Assembly (NCBI GenBank): GCA_964446115.1
Contig: CAYUNE010000043.1
Location: 16,781 to 40,780 of the forward strand
Source of the DNA: an uncultured Desulfobulbia bacterium
GTDB lineage: Bacteria > Desulfobacterota > Desulfobulbia > Desulfobulbales > Desulfobulbaceae
DNA length: 24,000 bases
Direction of reading: 5' to 3'
This document shows positions 7,789-13,770 of the stretch, piece after piece. The translations under genes were made by a program, and so were the position numbers. Within the stretch, counting starts at the first letter, position 1. Every line of letters starts with the position of its first letter. The notes under the pieces are model-generated. The model did not search any database. It saw nothing but the letters and a program-made list of their open reading frames with translations, and was not told the DNA's origin.

Positions 7789-9638
7789 GCCGGCTTGGGT
7801 ATGCGCATCAGGGCAACAAAGATAAAGGAGTAAAGCGACAGCAGAAACATGACGCTGACAAACAGGCGATAGACGGCATCCTGCATCAACCGACGGAAAT
7901 GATGGAGCACGATACAGAACATGGGGATAATCGGAAAGATATAACGCCCCTGGGTCTGGAAATCAGCGGTCCATGAATGGTAGAGCGAGGCACCGATCAG
8001 GGCGGCGGAACAGGCAAGGCAGAGGACAAGCAGCAGGTTTCCGGCCGGGCCGCCGCGGAGGACCACGGCCCCGATCAGGAAGAGGAGAAAGCCGATCCCC
8101 AGCCAGCGAACGCAGTGATAGTAGGAGTCCACCGCCGCGACGGTAAAATAGCCATAGAGGCCGAAACCGCTGCGGAAGGTCTTTTCAAACCAGCGGTCGA
8201 TATGGATGATATGGGCCAGGGAAATACCCCGGGCCCGGCGGTACAAAAAGGTATGTTTCTTTTCCAGAGGTGTTGACGGCTTGTAGATCGGCTCAGCCAG
8301 CTTTTCGCGCATCTCAATAATTTTCTCCGCCTTGTCAAAGCCGTTGACACTGTAATCACAGGCCACATTAAAACCGGCACCCGCGGCACCCACGAGCAGC
8401 ACAACGGCAAAACGCTTCAGCCAGTCACCTCTCTTTTGCCTTTCCACCAGAAAAAAAAGGCGCCAGAACAGATAACAAAACAGAAACAGAATAAAAAAAT
8501 AATAGTTTTTTTTCAGCTGAAACAACAAGGCACAGAGAAAACCCAAAAACAGCACCACCCCGGCCCGGTTCTTTGTCCCGCCATTGAGATAGGTGTTGAG
8601 CATGGACCCCGGCAGGGCTGCCTGACAGCCGGCGGCAAAGGCGACCACCAGTGCCAATGCATCGGAATTACAGTAACTGAAGACATACCAGAGCTGCGGC
8701 GATATCAGCAGAGGAGCCGCAATGAGCGCGGCCGGCCGGTTTCGCATCACAAAGAGAAGTACGCCTGCAAGCAGGCAGACGTTGAACAGGCGAAGACTCA
8801 GATAATCCTTCAGGTGCAGAGGATCCAGCAGACGGGCGAGCTTGCCGGCAAAGAGATAGGAAATTTCCCGGTTATTGAGACGCGACACCCCATAGACACT
8901 GTAGGTATGACGGATTGCCGGATCGTCAACCGCCGGCGGCAGCCAGTTGGTTTTGTAATAGCGGGCGGCATCGAGATGGACATATTCGTCCGGATGCACA
9001 TTCTCCTTGCTGACAGCAGCCATGACAACAACCAGAAGAAGAGCGACAAGAAAAAAAAGCGGAATGAAGCGCTCATCTTCACGATATCCATGGGTGCAGA
9101 AAAAAAAGAAAAAAACAGCTGCAAAGATAACGGCAATCCGGGCCGATATCACTGCCCGCCCCTTTTCGGCTGCTGAAAGCTGCACCTGCAGTTCAAGCTG
9201 GGGGTCATTTCCCGTGGACCTGATCTGCAGACCCTGCGGCCCCCAGCGGATGCCACCGATATGAAAAATCGGCCGAAGACGGGAAAATTCGCCCTCATGT
9301 TCAAAACAGAGGGGCAGGAAACCATTCTGGCGGATGCAGAGTTTTTTGATCAGCACCTCTCCCCTGAATTTATGGGGATCAATGCGAAGCCTGTGGACCT
9401 TGCGCAGATCGGCCAAAAAAAAACGGTATTTTTCCCGGCCGGGAAAAACCCGCACCCGGGCCCGTTTCATCCGGCTGTACCCTTTTCCCTCCCCGGCCCA
9501 ATAGATATTGAACCAGGTCTTCTTGGGCACCTGAATCTCCACCTCCACAAAGGCCCTGTTCTCAAAAAGTGCCAGATACAGAAAGGAGAGCAGAAAAGCA
9601 AGAAACAGAGGGAATTTCCAGCGGATCAGCAGGGCCAT
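7785..9638 (-). CDS. GT-C-like polytopic membrane protein (putative periplasmic-face glycosyltransferase) with an N-terminal extracytoplasmic domain
   Basis: One TM helix plus a ~140-aa non-membrane domain, then more than 10 hydrophobic helices. The first large loop carries HPDEYVH (8976-8996, verified by translation), resembling the DE-x-H motif of PMT/ArnT-type GT-C enzymes. QGRYIFP lies near the C-terminus. Confidence 0.6.
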   Translation of the reverse strand: MALLIRWKFPLFLAFLLSFLYLALFENRAFVEVEIQVPKKTWFNIYWAGEGKGYSRMKRARVRVFPGREKYRFFLADLRKVHRLRIDPHKFRGEVLIKKLCIRQNGFLPLCFEHEGEFSRLRPIFHIGGIRWGPQGLQIRSTGNDPQLELQVQLSAAEKGRAVISARIAVIFAAVFFFFFCTHGYREDERFIPLFFLVALLLVVVMAAVSKENVHPDEYVHLDAARYYKTNWLPPAVDDPAIRHTYSVYGVSRLNNREISYLFAGKLARLLDPLHLKDYLSLRLFNVCLLAGVLLFVMRNRPAALIAAPLLISPQLWYVFSYCNSDALALVVAFAAGCQAALPGSMLNTYLNGGTKNRAGVVLFLGFLCALLFQLKKNYYFFILFLFCYLFWRLFFLVERQKRGDWLKRFAVVLLVGAAGAGFNVACDYSVNGFDKAEKIIEMREKLAEPIYKPSTPLEKKHTFLYRRARGISLAHIIHIDRWFEKTFRSGFGLYGYFTVAAVDSYYHCVRWLGIGFLLFLIGAVVLRGGPAGNLLLVLCLACSAALIGASLYHSWTADFQTQGRYIFPIIPMFCIVLHHFRRLMQDAVYRLFVSVMFLLSLYSFIFVALMRIPKPA

Positions 9639-9645
9639 TGTTGTT

Positions 9646-10452
9646 CTAGCATCTTTCCTGATTCATTCCCGGTAGACAACGGCGGCTTAAAAGCGACTGT
9701 TCAAGATTCGTGGAAATTTCCCTTTTCCTGCTCTTCAGAATAATCGGGGAACCGAAAAGGGTCGTCAAACCCGTTACCCGGGCGCCCGCCTCCAGAATAT
9801 TGGAAATGCGGGGGCTGGCCAACTTCCGGTGGATAACCATGGGGAGAAAAAATTGCGCCCGGAACTCGGGGGCACTATAACCGTTTTTCTCCAATTCCCT
9901 CGACAACTGAGCACGGCTGAACAACAGAAAGGGCCGGGTATTCCCCTCAAGGGCCTTTTTCAAAGGAAACAAAAGACAATAGAGGATATTACTGCTCCTG
10001 CGATCCGGATAGTCAAAAATAACAAACTTTCTGGCGACCCGACACATTTCCGCTATCAGCTGCTGCCAATGGACTACATGGGTCAACAGCCGGATGGCAA
10101 GAACCACATCATAGGTGCCGTCATCAAAGGGCAGGTGGAGGCAGTCGCAGGTCCGATAGCTGACGGCAAGCCCCTTGACCCTCCTCCTCAAGCGTTCATG
10201 GCAGATATCATGACTGCCGGTCACCGTGACATCGAAACCCTGCTCAACCAGCGGTGCGATCAGCTGCCCATGGGCTCCTCCCACGGAAAGCAGCTTACCG
10301 CCTTCGTCGCGGCTCAGCATGTCGAGGATGATGCGACTCTGAACCGAGAGCAGATACTGCCCCGTTGCCCCGGAAAAGCGGGTGGCATAATCAGCGGAGC
10401 ACGTCTCAATATCGGCACTCTCCGGAAAAACCGAATGGTATTCCTCGTCCAT
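9646..10452 (-). CDS. Class I SAM-dependent methyltransferase
   Basis: Motif I-like LLSVGGAHGQLIAPLVEQGFDVTVTG, then LPFDDGTYDVVLAIRLLTHV (Methyltransf_11-like layout). Its stop lies 7 nt before the next gene's start. Confidence 0.8.
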   Translation of the reverse strand: MDEEYHSVFPESADIETCSADYATRFSGATGQYLLSVQSRIILDMLSRDEGGKLLSVGGAHGQLIAPLVEQGFDVTVTGSHDICHERLRRRVKGLAVSYRTCDCLHLPFDDGTYDVVLAIRLLTHVVHWQQLIAEMCRVARKFVIFDYPDRRSSNILYCLLFPLKKALEGNTRPFLLFSRAQLSRELEKNGYSAPEFRAQFFLPMVIHRKLASPRISNILEAGARVTGLTTLFGSPIILKSRKREISTNLEQSLLSRRCLPGMNQERC

Positions 10453-10507
10453 GATTTTGTCTTCGCATGCCCGAAATGGTGCTGGCGCTCACGGGCTACT
10501 GCGGTCG

Positions 10508-10516
10508 ATTATATCA
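10508..10516 (-). promoter_or_regulatory. Candidate extended -10 promoter element (TGATATAAT) for the methyltransferase sub-operon
   Basis: The minus strand reads GTTTTGATATAATCGA: a perfect TATAAT (10508-10513) with an upstream TGn. It sits 56 nt upstream of ATG 10452. No good -35 at 17 nt. Confidence 0.35.
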
Positions 10517-10567
10517 AAACATCAACCCCTTGGTTATCAATCCCGAGGCGTTATCAAAGGCAAACTC

Positions 10568-11134
10568 TCACTTGCCCAGCAAGAGAGAGTTTGCCGGAAC
10601 AACGGATTCCGTGCTTTCCTCTTTCAATATCCAGCGGACGGCATCTGCCTCGTCCGACTGATCATCATCGGTGCCGTCGAGAATCACAGTGGACACCTGG
10701 TTTTTTTTCCACTCAAAGGTACCCAGCACATACCAGCCCGTAGGCAGGCTCCGCTGGTTCAGCACAAAGTGATGGGTGCGACCGTTGCCATCCTCGATAA
10801 AGTAATCGGCATCATTGGTCCTGTTTTCAGTATGGAAAAAATGCACGGCAACTTCATAGGAACCACTGACCGGAACGGTGGTCTTCCAATAGGCCTTACC
10901 TCTCCTTGGCACCGGTCCGCCGGGAAGTTCATACAGGCCGCTGAGATAGCGCCAGTCACCATTGACAGCGCCGGGAAACGACCATGATCTCCAGGCACCA
11001 TAGGGGCTCGTTTCCGAATATCCCTCATCACCGTCATCAATAATCTTGCTCCACTCAAAGGCTCCGGCAGCCGACACCGCACAGAAAACAAAGACAAAGA
11101 GCAGAAGCAGCTTCCACACCTGAACTTTTCTCAT
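10568..11134 (-). CDS. Secreted single-domain protein, carbohydrate-binding-module-like beta-sandwich (golvesin C-terminal-like pattern)
   Basis: Signal peptide MRKVQVWKLLLLFVFVFCAVSAAGA/FEW. GAGGAA SD. The pattern KAYWKTTVPVSGSYEVAVHFFHTENRTNDADYFIEDGNGRTHHFVLNQRSLPTGWYVLGTFEWKKNQVSTVILDG...ADAVRW resembles the CBM-like domain attached to amidases/lyases, as I remember it. Confidence 0.7.
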   Translation of the reverse strand: MRKVQVWKLLLLFVFVFCAVSAAGAFEWSKIIDDGDEGYSETSPYGAWRSWSFPGAVNGDWRYLSGLYELPGGPVPRRGKAYWKTTVPVSGSYEVAVHFFHTENRTNDADYFIEDGNGRTHHFVLNQRSLPTGWYVLGTFEWKKNQVSTVILDGTDDDQSDEADAVRWILKEESTESVVPANSLLLGK

Positions 11135-11186
11135 GAAAATTTCCTCGTTTGATCAGTTTGATATAAAGACTTCCTCACTCCGGATC

Positions 11187-11215
11187 AAACTATCCTGAGG
11201 AGGTAGGATTGTCAA
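11187..11215 (-). promoter_or_regulatory. Candidate sigma70-type promoter for the secreted CBM-like gene
   Basis: On the minus strand: TTGACA (11210-11215), 17 nt, TAGTTT (11187-11192). The -10 is weak. Confidence 0.3.
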
Positions 11216-11267
11216 CTCGTATGCAAACCTGTGCCGAGGTAAAAAGGATACCCATTGCCCTTCTGGC

Positions 11268-13646
11268 TTAATGAGAAGAAAAGCGAGGCAGCAGAAAACC
11301 AGCCAGAATATAGAGGGCAAAGGCGATAAACAGTGTTGCCGTGAAACCGATATAAATGGCCAGCAGGATGGAAAAAACGCTCCCCAGAACCGTAAAGAGT
11401 CCGTTGACGGCCCAGGCCCATCCAACCGCTCCCTTGCCCTTATCAAAGGAACCGGCAATACCAAGGGCAAAGGGCATGCCTAGGGAAAAACCAAGGGGGG
11501 AGATCAACAGGACCGCCGCCGCCATTCTGACCACGGTGGGCCACTGGAGAAAATAGTTCAGCAGGGGATCCTTGAGAAACAGCAATGCCAGGCCGTAAGC
11601 GGGAATGACGACAAAGGGCAGTGACCTGAAAAACCTTTTTCCATGTAGAGCCGTTGTATCGGTCACATAGGAGCCAACACCCGCGGAAACCAGAAAGGCA
11701 AAGACAACCGAGGCATAGGTATAAAGGGGGAATCCCACCAACTTATGAAAAAACTGGATAAAAACAAGCTCAATGGCGATGAAACCGGCCCCCAGGCAGG
11801 CAAAATAGCTGACAAAGGAGGCCTTGCCGCTCCACGGCGCGCGACCGACCCGTGAAAAGAGCAGCGGCCCGAACAAACAGACAACGGCGATCAACAGGGC
11901 CGCCCCGGCGCTGACAATGAGATGAATCACATCCATGGGCAGGCCGTGCCTGATGGAGTCATTCAGCAGCTTGGTAATCGACGTCTCCACGTAGGGCTCG
12001 CTTCTGGAAACCGGCGCGAACCGTTTCCGGAGATGATTGAAAAACGGCCTGTCATCCGTGGGTACATTCATGCGGTAGGGAATGGACGCGGCCAGCTCCG
12101 GGGGCAGGCTACCGGTGAAAAAGGCGGGATCAAGTCCGGATTCTTCCGGCGCCAGGGGGTTGTGCACCCGGGTGAAGCCCTTGTGCATGAGACTGTGGAC
12201 CCGATTCACCTCCTCTTCGCTCCAGGGCTGCATTTTGATCAGCAGCAGGGGAAGGTTGTACCACTGGGGTGCGTAATAGAGCAGCACGTGCCTTTCAAAA
12301 TGGTCCCGTCCCATCTCCCGCCAGGCCCGCGCAGCCGTGAGTACCATCTTGGGATAGACGTGATGGTTGATATGCAATACCCCGTTTGAGGTCAGATGTG
12401 AGAAGTATTCCCGGTAGGCATCCACGGTCTGGAGGTAGTTGGGCGAGACGGCACCGGCTCCGGAGGCGACACTGGATGATGTATGATTGGACATCATCTG
12501 GATAATGTCATATTTCTTGTCACCGGCCCGCAGAAAGCTCCGGCCTTCGCCCCGTACCGCATGAACTTTGGGGTTGTCGTAAGGCTCGACGGCATACTTC
12601 TCCTTGCCGAGCCGGATCACGGCTCCCACCATTTCGATGGCATCCACCGACGACGCCCCAAAAGCCACCGCCGCCTTGGTCTCCTGGCCTCCGGCAGCTC
12701 CGATAATCAGGACACGCGGCGAACTCCCCTCTTTCAACCAGTGGGAGGCAAAGACAAACCTGTCCCAGAACTGGGACCTGGCCTTGGCCGGCAGCGAATC
12801 GCGAAGCTTCTGATAATCGCCGTCAAAATTATAGAAATAGCTTGTCTGGGTACCGCCGTCATAGGCAATCCAGATATACTCTTTGCGGTATTGAATCAGG
12901 TCGATCCGGGAAATGGGATCCCAGCGGGTCAATAGCCTCCCTCCCTGCAGGGAACGAAATCCCCGCTTATCCATATGCGGCGTGATCTCCAGGAAGGTAT
13001 CGCCGTCGTAGACAACAAGCTGGAAAACGGCGGTTGCCAGGGCAACGATCAGGGTTGCGGCGGAGACCACCTTCCGGCCACTGATGAGAGCCAGAGCCAA
13101 CAGGGAAAAGGCCGAGGCCATGAAGAGAAGGCCCGGACCGCCGTACAATGGGATGAGAAGAGGCACCAGCACACACCCCACCGAAGCCCCCACCAGATCC
13201 CAAAAGTAAAGTTTACCAAAACGATCTGCATGCCTGGTAAACAGAAGCGACAGGATCAGCCCGCTGACGAAAAACGGTACGATAAGGCCGGAAAAAACCA
13301 GCAACACCTTAGCGCCGAGATAGAGAACGCTGGGAAATTCCCTGAAATCGACATGGAATCTGTTGAGCAGGAAAAAAACAGCTGCGTAACTGACAGCCAG
13401 CAGCAAGGTAAGAACACGAAAAGTTAAATCTCCGAACTCCCGCCGATCGGAGATAATCGAGGTGACCACTCCTGAAATGCCGAAACCGAGCAGGGCCAGG
13501 GTAATAACCATATATGAAAAGTGGGGATACCACAGGACATCAAGAATCCTGATCAGGGCCAGTTCATAGAACAGGGTCGTCAGAGCGATGAGACTGATAA
13601 AGCCCATGCGGGCCAGGGGAAGTTTCGTTTCGGTCGATGGTGCCAC
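11268..13646 (-). CDS. Membrane-embedded spermidine-synthase-like protein (fused MFS/spermidine synthase family architecture)
   Basis: GTG start 13644-13646 with GGAGAG 3 nt upstream. About 7-8 N-terminal TM helices (LFYELALIRIL...). Central Rossmann region PRVLIIGAAGGQETKAAVAFGASSVDAIEMVGAVIRLGKEKY ... KKYDIIQMM ... TDDRPFF. About 6 C-terminal TM helices. Confidence 0.85.
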   Translation of the reverse strand: MAPSTETKLPLARMGFISLIALTTLFYELALIRILDVLWYPHFSYMVITLALLGFGISGVVTSIISDRREFGDLTFRVLTLLLAVSYAAVFFLLNRFHVDFREFPSVLYLGAKVLLVFSGLIVPFFVSGLILSLLFTRHADRFGKLYFWDLVGASVGCVLVPLLIPLYGGPGLLFMASAFSLLALALISGRKVVSAATLIVALATAVFQLVVYDGDTFLEITPHMDKRGFRSLQGGRLLTRWDPISRIDLIQYRKEYIWIAYDGGTQTSYFYNFDGDYQKLRDSLPAKARSQFWDRFVFASHWLKEGSSPRVLIIGAAGGQETKAAVAFGASSVDAIEMVGAVIRLGKEKYAVEPYDNPKVHAVRGEGRSFLRAGDKKYDIIQMMSNHTSSSVASGAGAVSPNYLQTVDAYREYFSHLTSNGVLHINHHVYPKMVLTAARAWREMGRDHFERHVLLYYAPQWYNLPLLLIKMQPWSEEEVNRVHSLMHKGFTRVHNPLAPEESGLDPAFFTGSLPPELAASIPYRMNVPTDDRPFFNHLRKRFAPVSRSEPYVETSITKLLNDSIRHGLPMDVIHLIVSAGAALLIAVVCLFGPLLFSRVGRAPWSGKASFVSYFACLGAGFIAIELVFIQFFHKLVGFPLYTYASVVFAFLVSAGVGSYVTDTTALHGKRFFRSLPFVVIPAYGLALLFLKDPLLNYFLQWPTVVRMAAAVLLISPLGFSLGMPFALGIAGSFDKGKGAVGWAWAVNGLFTVLGSVFSILLAIYIGFTATLFIAFALYILAGFLLPRFSSH

Positions 13647-13688
13647 AGGCTCTCCGAATGGTGGGGATCGTTTTTGTCATCCCGGCCT

Positions 13689-13741
13689 AAATTCTTCCGT
13701 TTCCATGTTGGAAGAATTTTGACCGGTTAAAGCGTTAACCG
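13689..13741. promoter_or_regulatory. Two perfect palindromes in the AT-rich gap between the AT3 and SpeE-like genes (operator or terminator-like)
   Basis: AAATTCTTCC (13689-13698), 11 nt, GGAAGAATTT (13710-13719). CGGTTAA (13724-13730), AGCG, TTAACCG (13735-13741). Confidence 0.4.
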
Positions 13742-13770
13742 TCCATTTAAAGTACAAGATTTGATTCTTG

